Position numbers and translations under genes: made by a program. The notes beneath the pieces were generated by a model. It saw only the letters and a list, made by a program, of their open reading frames with translations, did not search any database and was not told where the DNA came from. 64,000 bases of DNA from a virus (lineage: Duplodnaviria > Caudoviricetes): positions 4,216 through 68,215 of the IMG/VR virus record IMGVR_UViG_3300047169_000010, one strand, 5' to 3'. Of this stretch, positions 48,548-58,089 are shown in pieces. The first letter of the stretch is position 1; every line of letters starts with the position of its first letter.

Positions 48548-50473
48548 TTACAGGCCAGCCGTGGTGGCGCTGGGTGCGATACCGGCAAACGCGAAGGCTT
48601 CTTCCTGACCGTCGCGTCCGACCACACGAACGCCCTTGCTGACGTCCGCGGTGGCACCCGCTACGCGAACACCGTCGGGCGCAAGCGTAGTCTTGCGCAA
48701 GGCGTCAAGTTCGGCGTCGAGACGGGTCTGCGCCATGGACTTGATTGCATCCTTGTAGGCGGGCGTATTGCGCAGCTCTTCAGCGGCGGCAGCGACGTCA
48801 GTCTCCAGGGTTGGTGTAGCCGTAGTCTTCACAACTGGTGAATCGGTCGCAGCTTCAGCCGCCGCCGTAGCAGCCTTGAACGCTTCAACCGCCTTCTTGT
48901 GCTCGTCGGTATCGCACTCGTCGGCCATCTTGTGGCAGGCCGTCGCCATCGCACCATGAGTCTTGGCACAACCCATGCACGTCTTGGCCATGGCCTTGTG
49001 ATGTTCGCCGGCAGCCTTGTGGAATTCCTGAACGTCAGCAATGACTTCGTGGACACCCTTTGGCCCTTCCTTTGCCTCGACCACGTCAGCTTTTGACATA
49101 CCGGCATGTGCCGACTTGTGGAATTCGTGCATGGCGGTATGGTGTTCAGCCTTGAGAGTTTCGCCGGCTTCCATCTTCTCGTGATGATGTGCTGTCTTGG
49201 TGAGGTGCGTCGCCATCGTTCGCTTGGCCAGCTTGTCAGCCTCTTCGCGAGTCTTTTGCAGTTCCTGCTCCGTCATGGTGGTGTCTCCTGTAGTGGATTT
49301 GTTGCCAACGGCAGCGGCCTGCGCAGCCAGCTCCCTTGCTTCTTCCTCAGCCAAGACAAGAAAAGTCTCAATCAAGGAATCGAGGTTGTCAGCGATTTCC
49401 TCCGGTACTTGCGAGTCATCGCCTTCCATATCGCGTTCATACATAAGATCGCGACAAATATAGCCTAGCATACTCAGCACTTCGGCGAACATACCGACGT
49501 GATACAAACCCTTGCGAAATCCGCTCTCTGCAGCGGCCTTGTCCACACGCGCCACGATACACTTCGGCGGCGTGCGGTACTCAACGAGCGCTTTTTCGCT
49601 TACTTCGATGCCGTTCTGACGCGCGGCTGACTCAATCCGGGCCTTGACCTTGCTCTTCTCAGTTTCTGGTATACCCTGCGTTTGATCAAATCGTGCCAGA
49701 GCGTTTCTGATGTGACTCTTGGTTTTGGCGTCGTCACCGGGAAACTCAATCGGCAGTTTCCAAGTTTCGGTTTTCTCCGGATCGCCCACATAAGCGAAGC
49801 AATGCGCCTCAAGCGCTACGCCCGCCACGGTCTTTGTCTTGGCCATGATACTGCTCTCCTTCTTTTTGAATTTGACCACTTCGACGCTGCCGTTGGCTTT
49901 CACATGCTCAAACCCTTCGGCGGTACATGGGCTGTCCACGTAGCTGACCTCGGCAAGACTAGCCAGCCCATACAGCACAGCCACGTGAGTCTTACAGGTA
50001 GGGCAGTAGTTGCTACGCTGCTTCAATCCCAGGTCCGTGTCACAAGTTACACACTTTCGCCAAGCGTAGCTTCCGCCTTGACTGTACCCGGTATAGTAAC
50101 CGTCCTTGAGCTGCTGGTGCATCGCCTCGTTGATTGGCTCACTGCCCAGCCATATCTCACGCTCGTCGTCGTTGAAATCCAGCTTGGTGGCTTTGCCGCC
50201 CACATCCAACCCGTGCTGAATACGAATGTTGCCAAGACTGGCCTTTTGACCAGCCTTGGCCGTGCGCTTTAGCGCCGCCGCCGACCATTCCATATAGACT
50301 GGTTTAGCGGTATCGTAATGGCAGATTTCGCCGTCAAGGTCTTCCTTCTCAAAGGTGGCAATACCCCAGACGGTAGGTGCACCCTTCTTCGCGTCCTCGA
50401 CCTTGCGGAACGGTACGAATTTTACGAACATCCCATCGGTTGGAACATTCGGCACTACGGCGGCGCTGGCCAT
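48548..50473 (-). CDS. Prohead protease-scaffold fusion
   Basis: WGIAT.E..DLDGE...IRIQH...GGK...G.S.GG...EVSYVD.P protease core, followed by a long helical His-rich tail. Confidence 0.75.
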   Translation of the reverse strand: MASAAVVPNVPTDGMFVKFVPFRKVEDAKKGAPTVWGIATFEKEDLDGEICHYDTAKPVYMEWSAAALKRTAKAGQKASLGNIRIQHGLDVGGKATKLDFNDDEREIWLGSEPINEAMHQQLKDGYYTGYSQGGSYAWRKCVTCDTDLGLKQRSNYCPTCKTHVAVLYGLASLAEVSYVDSPCTAEGFEHVKANGSVEVVKFKKKESSIMAKTKTVAGVALEAHCFAYVGDPEKTETWKLPIEFPGDDAKTKSHIRNALARFDQTQGIPETEKSKVKARIESAARQNGIEVSEKALVEYRTPPKCIVARVDKAAAESGFRKGLYHVGMFAEVLSMLGYICRDLMYERDMEGDDSQVPEEIADNLDSLIETFLVLAEEEARELAAQAAAVGNKSTTGDTTMTEQELQKTREEADKLAKRTMATHLTKTAHHHEKMEAGETLKAEHHTAMHEFHKSAHAGMSKADVVEAKEGPKGVHEVIADVQEFHKAAGEHHKAMAKTCMGCAKTHGAMATACHKMADECDTDEHKKAVEAFKAATAAAEAATDSPVVKTTATPTLETDVAAAAEELRNTPAYKDAIKSMAQTRLDAELDALRKTTLAPDGVRVAGATADVSKGVRVVGRDGQEEAFAFAGIAPSATTAGL

Positions 50474-50485
50474 GCGAGTATCTCC

Positions 50486-50653
50486 TTACCGAAGTGGCGT
50501 AGGCTGTGTGGGGATGCTGCCTGCCGGGAATCCTGTGGGTTGGACATTGCCTTGCAGAGGAGCGTTGGCGGTACCGCCGTTGCGCGGCGCGGGCTGCGTA
50601 TTGCGTATAGGATACGGCATGGTGGGATTGTTCTGGTTCGCATTCTTAGCCAT
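50486..50653 (-). CDS. Small Pro/Asn/Gln-rich ORF (55 aa, not in the track)
   Basis: GGAG RBS; MAKNANQNNPTMPYPIRNTQ...PTPLR fills the gap exactly. Confidence 0.5.
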   Translation of the reverse strand: MAKNANQNNPTMPYPIRNTQPAPRNGGTANAPLQGNVQPTGFPAGSIPTQPTPLR

Positions 50654-51044
50654 TGATGCTCCTTTTCGCCTTCAAAGCTTCCTTCGTCCACTTGCGAAAA
50701 CTCTTGCGTCGCAGCTTGCGGAACTCGGCACTTGTCATACTAGCAGGTTTTAGGTTGGTGTAGTCAACCTTATTGCCGTCATTGATAAATTTAGGCGGCG
50801 GCGCGGCTGGTGCGCCGTACTTACTGGCGCGAAATTGATCGGCTATCATCTTCCTTGACTCAGGCGTCTGAAGCTGTGACAGTATGTGGTCAGGCAGATG
50901 GCTAACGTCGCCGATAAGGTTGCCGTCCTTATCACAGGTGATGGATACGGTTGGTGTGTCGTCGGTGGGTTTTCCAAGACGTACTGCTTCAATGTCCGCA
51001 GCCAGCTCGCCGTCTACGAATTGTATCTCTTCTGTCATTGTCAA
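50646..51044 (-). CDS. Hypothetical protein
   Basis: Coupled to its neighbours. Confidence 0.5.
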   Translation of the reverse strand: MTMTEEIQFVDGELAADIEAVRLGKPTDDTPTVSITCDKDGNLIGDVSHLPDHILSQLQTPESRKMIADQFRASKYGAPAAPPPKFINDGNKVDYTNLKPASMTSAEFRKLRRKSFRKWTKEALKAKRSING

Positions 51045-51499
51045 TTACTCACATTTCTAGCTTTGAACCTGTCGTCTATGTGCAGAAACAACAATAGCGA
51101 CATACCCATACCCAATATCGTACCAGCCACGGTGACTGCTGTATAAATCTTGGTTTGCATTACCTCTATCTGACCCACAAGGTCAGCTTTATCTAACGCT
51201 TCTTTCAGCTGAAGTTGATCCACCCGGTCAACAACGTCTTTTATCTGTGATTCATTCTTAGTGGTTCTTTCCTTAGAATCAAGGATTTGAACGCCCTGCG
51301 CAGCGTTGCTGGTCATATCGTCATGTAACTGACGCTGCTGTGTATCCACGGCCAACGCCACGCCAATCACAGGCTTTGGCGCTATCGTCGACATTATGCG
51401 CGCAACATACCCGCCGCCCGCCGTAGCCGCACTGACGCAAACACATACGACAGAAATGACAGTCTTCAACACCGATACCATCCTTTCATATCTAAACAT
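51041..51499 (-). CDS. Membrane protein with two hydrophobic segments flanking a coiled coil
   Basis: Hydropathy visible in the translation. Confidence 0.55.
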   Translation of the reverse strand: MFRYERMVSVLKTVISVVCVCVSAATAGGGYVARIMSTIAPKPVIGVALAVDTQQRQLHDDMTSNAAQGVQILDSKERTTKNESQIKDVVDRVDQLQLKEALDKADLVGQIEVMQTKIYTAVTVAGTILGMGMSLLLFLHIDDRFKARNVSN

Positions 51500-52955
51500 T
51501 AGATGCTGGCTTTACAGCTGCTTGAGCTCGCGCAGCCGCGCCAGCAAGTGGGACAGGACCGTTGGGTGTGATAACCATCAGTTCATCAGCCTCAGATTCG
51601 GGTCTTGGTGACAGCCCTCTGTCATCGCGAACTTCGTTGATGGTCTTTACGCCGCCTGAAATGTAGATTTTGTCAACTTCAGCTTGCTTGGCTGGGTCAA
51701 GTTCGGTGTCAGTGTCAAACACCAGCTCATAACCGGGATATCCCATCTGCCGTTGTATTATAAAGTCTATCGTATCCTTCATCCACTTGATACGCGGCAG
51801 CATCCCTTCTTTTTCGCTAGCGCTCTGCCCAGCTTCTGCGCTGGCACGGTTCAATGTTTTCTGCAACCGCTGTGCGCTGGTGCCGTACCCGAACGCAATC
51901 TTTCGTATCAGATAGTCGTCAAACACGTCTGCGAGTACAGGTTCTGGAATCTGTATCACCTGATCCTGTTTGGAATCGGCGCGATCGTGGAATCCAGGCA
52001 GCAGTCGCCACTGCCGACGACGGGCTAGGTTCCCAGCCATTTCACTATTCATGGCCTGCATGGTTTCGTTGATAGAATCGGGGGTTACGTCGTTGGGGAC
52101 AATATGTACCAGCCCGGGAACGCTGCCCTGCGTGTAGTACGCCATAATAAATTTCAATCGCTCGATACCGATAGCTATTTCTTCTGCCAACTGCTCGGTA
52201 GCGCTGTAGCCATATAACTGACTGGCCAATGTATTCCTGGGCGCGATATTGCTTGGGCGATAGCACAGCTGATTCTGTGTCAGCATGACGCGAGGAATGC
52301 CGTCCCATAGTTGTGTATAGGCTGGGCTGGGTACGACCGGCGTGTAACCTTGGTCGTCAATCAGTCGAAGGATGGTGGTGCCGTCAATAACTCTGGCCTG
52401 CATCAGATCGCCGTTGAGATTTCTGCGCAGTAAGATGCTTGGTGCGTCTACCACCAGCAAATCCTCAAGCAGTGGCCGACCCCAAAGGCTCCATGGATTC
52501 TCACCGTCAGGGCACATCCAAAAATCTGTCAGTTTAGGAATAATGTTGTCGCCTGATTCACGCAGACGCTTGTCCTTCAAACTCTCGCCGGGTCGTCGAA
52601 CCAACTGGATGGTCCATGGCAGGTTCAACACCTGATCTTTCACGTTCTCAATGCAGATGCGCGCCAACGGATACGTCGATAACTGCCGCAAGTTCTGAAA
52701 TGTGAGCGGTGCGTCCGGCCTCGGTGTGATGTTCTGGTTCACACCCTGCCAGAAACTGAATCGCAACGGCTGGCTTCCAGGCGGTCCGACGGGTTGCACG
52801 GGCTGTAGTGCGCTGGGCCAGTTCTGCGAGTCGACGCCGGCGATCGTATGCTCGGGCTTTTGATACAGACGACCGCGCATTGCCGCGCCCAAACGGGCCA
52901 GCGTGCCAAGTTGAATTATTTGTCCTTCGGCCATGCGCGCAACCTCAACACCCAT
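51492..52955 (-). CDS. Portal protein
   Basis: Follows TerL; DLLVVDA...L.VIDG.TI...YGYS..E...Y.T.GSVP.G...RKIAFGYG.S...L pattern. Confidence 0.85.
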   Translation of the reverse strand: MGVEVARMAEGQIIQLGTLARLGAAMRGRLYQKPEHTIAGVDSQNWPSALQPVQPVGPPGSQPLRFSFWQGVNQNITPRPDAPLTFQNLRQLSTYPLARICIENVKDQVLNLPWTIQLVRRPGESLKDKRLRESGDNIIPKLTDFWMCPDGENPWSLWGRPLLEDLLVVDAPSILLRRNLNGDLMQARVIDGTTILRLIDDQGYTPVVPSPAYTQLWDGIPRVMLTQNQLCYRPSNIAPRNTLASQLYGYSATEQLAEEIAIGIERLKFIMAYYTQGSVPGLVHIVPNDVTPDSINETMQAMNSEMAGNLARRRQWRLLPGFHDRADSKQDQVIQIPEPVLADVFDDYLIRKIAFGYGTSAQRLQKTLNRASAEAGQSASEKEGMLPRIKWMKDTIDFIIQRQMGYPGYELVFDTDTELDPAKQAEVDKIYISGGVKTINEVRDDRGLSPRPESEADELMVITPNGPVPLAGAAARAQAAVKPASNV

Positions 52956-53051
52956 CCCATGTATACCACATGCGTGGCTTGCATATTGTCTTGTGGACGT
53001 ACGATAGCGGCTTTCTCAAGACCATACCGCTCACGGATCAACTTTTCTTGC

Positions 53052-53357
53052 TCAGTTTCCGACTTTCGCGGCGATCGGGACGACATTTGTCAACTCCGTC
53101 TTTATAATGGGACTGCCGCTGCGCGCCACACCTAAGCGGTCAATCATGGGGAGCTTGTTCCACACCGCGCCGCACACCTTGCAGACGTGTTGCAGCATGA
53201 GGCGTCCATTTTCCTGCATACCGCGGATAATGCCGTTGGTGTGACCACAGCACGGGCACGGCTCATTCACGTCTTCTTGTGGGATAGGCGGCGGCGGTGG
53301 CGGACCGAATATCTTGATGAGCAAAGCCACGAACGCATTGATGTAGAAAAGTATCAC
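53052..53357 (-). CDS. Zinc-ribbon protein with hydrophobic N-terminus
   Basis: GTG overlapping the TerL stop; CPCC and CKVC motifs. Confidence 0.5.
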   Translation of the reverse strand: MILFYINAFVALLIKIFGPPPPPPIPQEDVNEPCPCCGHTNGIIRGMQENGRLMLQHVCKVCGAVWNKLPMIDRLGVARSGSPIIKTELTNVVPIAAKVGN

Positions 53358-55306
53358 GCTACACGTCCCATTTTCCTGACCTGACCGGCGCTGACAGGCT
53401 GCGACAGCACATTCTTCATCTCCTGGTGACCACACTGCGCACAACGAATCCCACCCGGAACACGTTGTAGAATAGCACACCCGCAGATTTCGCCGTCGAC
53501 CACGTTCTGACAGCGCGGCGTGTTGTCGCCGAACGGTATCTTGGCGATCGCGGCGGGGCGCACGTTCGGCACCTTGTCGCTAAACGGGCTGTAAAACTCC
53601 ACCATCTCGTCAGCAGCTGTGTGCGCTACTTCTTCCTTCACGGCAACCCCGGTCGCTGCCGCTAGCGTGTCCTGTCGCCACTTGCGATTCTTCATATCTT
53701 CCTCCTGCTGCTGTAGCAGCCACGCTACAAAGCCGCTTTTGAAGCCGTGCGCTTGCAAGTATACCCCAGCCTGTGTCATCATATCGACGTCGTCATCGTA
53801 CCGAATTCCTGGGAACTTGGTGATGTGCTCAATAAACGGCCCCGTCCATGCCGCGTTGCGATCGACATACCAGTTGTGCGCCTGCCACTCGCCGCATACG
53901 GCGTACATACGGCTCACCTTGCCGCCCTCGGGATCAACGGCAATCATCCCGGCCACTTTTTTGCGCATAGAAGCGATAACCGCGCTCCCATTCGCCTTGT
54001 CTTCAACCAGATTTGCACGCGCTTTCCACTTCAAACGCTGACGATTTATCTCTTTTTCAGTCGCCGGCGAGTCCAAATGTTTGGTCACGACCTCCAAAAT
54101 GAACCGATTCGGCCCTTTTACACCCACGGTGCCCACACATACGAAGTCACTCGTCTTCGTGTCCTTGAAAGCGCAATCCGTAGACGTTATCACAACATCA
54201 AAACGATCTGGAAGGTCAATATCGTTCTCGCCGGTATGTGGATTCATGCCTCCGTAGTACATGATATCCATCAATTTGATCATATTTCCTTCAAGGGACG
54301 TCGGTCTCCCTTGATATTGCGTCGTCCATATGTGTCTCAGAATCTTCCAAGCGTTCACAACCGACGGCGTAAACCTGTCCGGCTGCAATACGTCACCCAG
54401 CGGACGTTCGTGAACGGTGCCGCTTACAGGGTACACATATTTCTGCGTCAACGTTTTTGAGTCAACCGCGTCCTCGTCAGCCTCAAGCGGGATGCAAAGC
54501 GTCGTCCATTCAGGGTCTTTTCCGTCCGCAACGAGCTGTTTATCAGCTTCTTGGCAGTAACCGGTCAAGTCGAGTTCGCCGGTGCGCTGCTCAACGATGA
54601 TCATAACGTCTTCGCTGGGGTTGTTCAAGCGCGAACGCCATGTGTTGCTGAACCATGTGTGCAAACTGGTTACAATTGCCTCGCTGGCGACCTCGTCAGG
54701 CTTCAAACCGTCATCAACGATGAGGAAATTGCCGCCAATTCCCGTCAATGTGCCGCCCACCGACGTGGCGAACATCTGAGCCTGGAAGTTGTTCTGAAAC
54801 TTTGACTTCTGGTTCTGATCCTTCTGCAACCACACCCGGTCGCCCCACAGGCGTTGGAACCACGCTGACTCAAGCAGGCGGCGACGTTTTACACTGTGCT
54901 CTTCGCTGAGACCCTGCGCGTAGCTGGCACACACGAAACTTTGATTCGCAGTGCTCACCCCAGCGCCCTTGACGCGGCACCACACCCACACCGGGAACAT
55001 AACCGTGACCAACATTGACTTCAGCGTTCTGGGAGGGATGTTTATTATCAGCCGTCGGCATTTCTTGGCCGCGGCGAGTGACAGATACTCAGCGATCAGG
55101 TCGTAGTGCCAACTCCAAGAAAGCGGATTCCCGGGCTCAAGAATGGTCCATGCGGCCTTGGCAAACTCAGTAAACGACGACTCAAGCCGTCTTTTTTCTT
55201 CGAACGTCGTCTGCTCGTCACTCGTACGCTTCTTGTCGTCTTCCATAGACGCAAGCAGGAGCAGCAGTTCGTTCTGTTCTTCTTCACTCAGCTTGCTTAT
55301 ATCCAC
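53354..55306 (-). CDS. terL: Terminase large subunit
   Basis: LIINIPPRTLKS (Walker A), FLIVDD (Walker B), STDCAFK..SD, VEDKANG, DDDVD. GTG start at 55306. Confidence 0.93.
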   Translation of the reverse strand: MDISKLSEEEQNELLLLLASMEDDKKRTSDEQTTFEEKRRLESSFTEFAKAAWTILEPGNPLSWSWHYDLIAEYLSLAAAKKCRRLIINIPPRTLKSMLVTVMFPVWVWCRVKGAGVSTANQSFVCASYAQGLSEEHSVKRRRLLESAWFQRLWGDRVWLQKDQNQKSKFQNNFQAQMFATSVGGTLTGIGGNFLIVDDGLKPDEVASEAIVTSLHTWFSNTWRSRLNNPSEDVMIIVEQRTGELDLTGYCQEADKQLVADGKDPEWTTLCIPLEADEDAVDSKTLTQKYVYPVSGTVHERPLGDVLQPDRFTPSVVNAWKILRHIWTTQYQGRPTSLEGNMIKLMDIMYYGGMNPHTGENDIDLPDRFDVVITSTDCAFKDTKTSDFVCVGTVGVKGPNRFILEVVTKHLDSPATEKEINRQRLKWKARANLVEDKANGSAVIASMRKKVAGMIAVDPEGGKVSRMYAVCGEWQAHNWYVDRNAAWTGPFIEHITKFPGIRYDDDVDMMTQAGVYLQAHGFKSGFVAWLLQQQEEDMKNRKWRQDTLAAATGVAVKEEVAHTAADEMVEFYSPFSDKVPNVRPAAIAKIPFGDNTPRCQNVVDGEICGCAILQRVPGGIRCAQCGHQEMKNVLSQPVSAGQVRKMGRVA

Positions 55307-55455
55307 GTGGGAACCTCTTTGCGGTATTGCCTCCCGGCAGCGGAACGCCCGCCAAGGCCTCAAGCAGCAGGGCGGCGCAGAACTCTTCGCCCAGCAACGC
55401 AGCCATTTCATACGGTTGTATCAATTGCGTTGATGAATTGCGCCGCATCGTCCGT

Positions 55456-55647
55456 TCAGAATCCATAGCAGAACTTGTGCCCCGCATAGTAACTCAGCTC
55501 AAACATGCTCAGCGGTTCGTGTACGTCAGCCTTGGTAGCGGCCACGGCAGTCCTCTTCTGTTCACACAGCACGCACAGATGTCTGAACTGTACACCATGG
55601 CGGCAACGGTCATTCAGCGTAGCTTTTCGTCCTGGATTGTCGCTCAT
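55456..55647 (-). CDS. Small Cys/His hypothetical protein
   Basis: GAGGG RBS; CRHG..C..C. Confidence 0.45.
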   Translation of the reverse strand: MSDNPGRKATLNDRCRHGVQFRHLCVLCEQKRTAVAATKADVHEPLSMFELSYYAGHKFCYGF

Positions 55648-55674
55648 ATTCCCTCGTTTTCTGGTTTTCGTAGT

Positions 55675-56502
55675 CTATGGACAAACGTAAAACACGTCGT
55701 AATTGGTGGATGCGTTTATGGCCATCCAAGCGATAGACGTCGTTGTGGTGGAGCCGCCTTGGAATACCGAGTTGGCGTTGCTTGCAGAGCCGTAAATCAC
55801 AGCGTTGTAGACGCACACCGTGGGATAGGCTTGCGTTGTACCAAGGGTGAGCGTAAACAATCCGCCGAAACCTCTAGGCGAAGTTCCTACAATGACCTTG
55901 ACCGCGCCGTAGCGACTTGTACAGGTGTACCCGCTTCCGGTGTCACAAGCGACTGACCCACCCGTTCCCACGCCCGTAGCGTCAGCTACGACAGACCATC
56001 CAGCGGTATTAGAAGGAATAGCGGTGCTGCACATAGGCACACCCGAACTGTTGGTGCTGATAACGCCTGTATTGCAGGTCGCTATAAATCCAGTAGAATT
56101 CGGAGCAGTCTGCACCAAGATCTGATTGGCCGCGCCACCCGGTACTGACGACGGTGACGGTGCAGATGTAAAAGACGAACTGACGTTCTGACTTGATGAC
56201 GTTATCTGCACCTGCGCGGTGTAGCACGTAGCCGGTGTGTTGGCGGCGCATATGGTCAGCTGCGTAAGACTGGGGAAGTATGCTGAATACGTGTTCTGCC
56301 ACACATTGAGTGAAAACGTTCCGTTGCCGTCTATGTTGCCGCCTGCGGTGACGACGCTCGGCTTTCCGCCTCCCTGTGGGAGGAATGTCGCTGATACCGT
56401 GCCGCCCGCGTAAGACGGAATAGTTGCTGTAACTGTAGACCTCTGCGCATATGATACGACGCAGCACATAGCCGCAAGCAAACCCAGAATGATCTTTTTC
56501 AT
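55675..56502 (-). CDS. Ser/Thr/Gly-rich protein with Sec signal peptide
   Basis: GAGGGG RBS before ATG 56502; MKKIILGLLAAMCCVVSYA-Q. Confidence 0.7.
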   Translation of the reverse strand: MKKIILGLLAAMCCVVSYAQRSTVTATIPSYAGGTVSATFLPQGGGKPSVVTAGGNIDGNGTFSLNVWQNTYSAYFPSLTQLTICAANTPATCYTAQVQITSSSQNVSSSFTSAPSPSSVPGGAANQILVQTAPNSTGFIATCNTGVISTNSSGVPMCSTAIPSNTAGWSVVADATGVGTGGSVACDTGSGYTCTSRYGAVKVIVGTSPRGFGGLFTLTLGTTQAYPTVCVYNAVIYGSASNANSVFQGGSTTTTSIAWMAINASTNYDVFYVCP

Positions 56503-56511
56503 CTTCCCCTC

Positions 56512-56543
56512 AAAAAGAAATCCCGCCCACAAATGGGGCGGAA
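56512..56543 (-). terminator. Intrinsic terminator-like hairpin downstream of the tmRNA and (TG)n
   Basis: On the - strand CCGCCC...GGGCGG stem, then ATTTCTTTTT. Confidence 0.5.
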
Positions 56544-56575
56544 CTCAGTATAACAGGGAGGGCTGCGTTGGGTCA

Positions 56576-56684
<109 letters not shown>

Positions 56685-56694
56685 AGGTTTTGTA

Positions 56695-57208
56695 CATGGC
56701 GGTGATAAGTGCCGGGTATTCTGTTGCTAGGAACCCGGCGAACCCCGACCGCTGTTAGGCGGCCAACGGAAGAGCAGAACGCTCGGGCCGGGTAAAGGCA
56801 AGAACGTTGCTACGCTTCGTACTGTCACTTTGGGTGGCAGTTGTTTGTCAGGCTCTCGTTACGGTGAGCACCCAGTTCCGGCACGGTCCATGAATTGTTG
56901 AACACCCCGTCGAAGCCGTGACACGCCCACAAAGAAATACACTGTTCTTACTAACCGCTATCTACTGACGTAGACCGCGTGCGCGGTGCGCAGTGTACTT
57001 CTTGGTGGACGTGGCGGGAGTCGAACCCGCGTCCGCGACGTCCTCCAATTCACTTCATACTGTGCGTACTGCATGGGTGGCCCGCTTTGGGTTCTGTGTC
57101 CTGCGGGAGTCCCACTCGCGCAGTTGACAGAATCCCGGCGCTGCCACCCAACTTACGGGGCGACTAACGGCTTCGCCTCCACCACCCGGCGTACATAGCA
57201 CCGGGGCT
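56695..57208 (-). ncRNA. ssrA: Circularly permuted (two-piece) tmRNA gene
   Basis: The acceptor piece ends GCGGGTTCGACTCCCGC-CACGTCC-ACCA at 57003. After a 74-nt intervening segment, the coding piece starts GGGCGTG-TCACGGCTTCGACGGGG at 56928. The acceptor stem has G3-U70; helix 2 is CAATTCA/TGAATTG; the tag ORF ends LAA-stop. Outer ends are approximate. Confidence 0.9.
56755..56838 (-). other. tmRNA tag reading frame ATQSDSTKRSNVLAFTRPERSALPLAA*
   Basis: Resume codon GCC after ACAACT; 27 codons, then TAA. Confidence 0.85.
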
Positions 57209-57444
57209 GTACCCAGTATACATATTGGGCTGTGTGACGGCTAGCTCTTCTTGAAGAACGCAGATATGAACGCGATGGGTGCAACAATGGGTGTGATTAT
57301 AACGGCACCCACCTTGAGCGTGGTGTGGTCAAAGAAATCGCACTGCTCGGTTGATGTGAACATGTCACGGACCACATGACCAGTATGCGTGAACGGGTTT
57401 ACCATTGGCAGAACCTCCTGTGCACTCTTAGTGTATACGCAACG

Positions 57445-57744
57445 CTAGTAGTCGTCCCACTCAGGAATGGCCACCGTCTTACCCTTCATGGTGTGGGTAC
57501 AGTCGTCGAGGAACTGCATCTGTCCGTCTTTCACAAGCGAATGGCACAGATGCTCTGTCGGGTTGCTGCGACCCACGTTGTAGAGTACTGAGGGCGCGAG
57601 CGTCGGCGAATCAAAGCTGCCGTTCCACTGCCAACCGGCTCCGTTCTCCATTTTCTTACCGTTGACTGCCACCATATGATTGGTGTCGCATCCTGGGCAG
57701 TGCCAGACGACGTAGTTCGGTTCTATTTCGTGGAACTTGGCCAT
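57445..57744 (-). CDS. DUF6527-like Cys/His protein
   Basis: CPGC..H.V......W.WNGS.D.PTL.PSVL....CHS.V.DG..QFL.DCTH. Confidence 0.7.
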   Translation of the reverse strand: MAKFHEIEPNYVVWHCPGCDTNHMVAVNGKKMENGAGWQWNGSFDSPTLAPSVLYNVGRSNPTEHLCHSLVKDGQMQFLDDCTHTMKGKTVAIPEWDDY

Positions 57745-57940
57745 TGGGTGTGCCTCCTGCTGGGAAGTATAGCTTCTTCAGAACCTCCGATGGGCAAGAA
57801 CTCAGGCTTCGGCTCCTCCGTCATGATGATCGCCAAATTCAAAATCTTCGGAGTTCGAGTCGAGTCGGCCCGAACGAGGTGCCCATGGGGGTGAGTTTGG
57901 TTGTAAGAGGGTGGGGTACCAGCAATCGCATGGCCAGACG

Positions 57941-57980
57941 CCTGTGCAAAACCTGTGCAAACCCTGTGCAAAAGTGCAAA
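57941..57980 (+). repeat. Tandem (C)TGTGCAAA repeats upstream of the promoter
   Basis: CTGTGCAAA three times plus GTGCAAA. Confidence 0.7.
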
Positions 57981-58009
57981 TATATTTTGCCGTAAACGTA
58001 ATTTTGTGC

Positions 58010-58037
58010 TTGCAATTGCGGAGCGGTATGGTACTAT
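58010..58037 (+). promoter_or_regulatory. Sigma70-type promoter of the GA/TC-free gene
   Basis: TTGCAA-16 nt-TACTAT with TGG extended -10 and an AT-rich upstream tract. Confidence 0.7.
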
Positions 58038-58089
58038 TACCACAGTAGGCAGTAAGGTAATACACACTGTAACTAAGGCAGGTAACACA

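Noticed and set aside
47135-48841. 568-aa + strand ORF and similar long antisense ORFs
   Set aside because: They are shadows of the capsid and other GC-rich genes and have no recognisable motifs.
57003-57045. Stand-alone tRNA or attP remnant of a host tmRNA
   Set aside because: There is no anticodon arm. The matching 5' half, tag frame and paired intervening segment are all present, and no integrase is seen.
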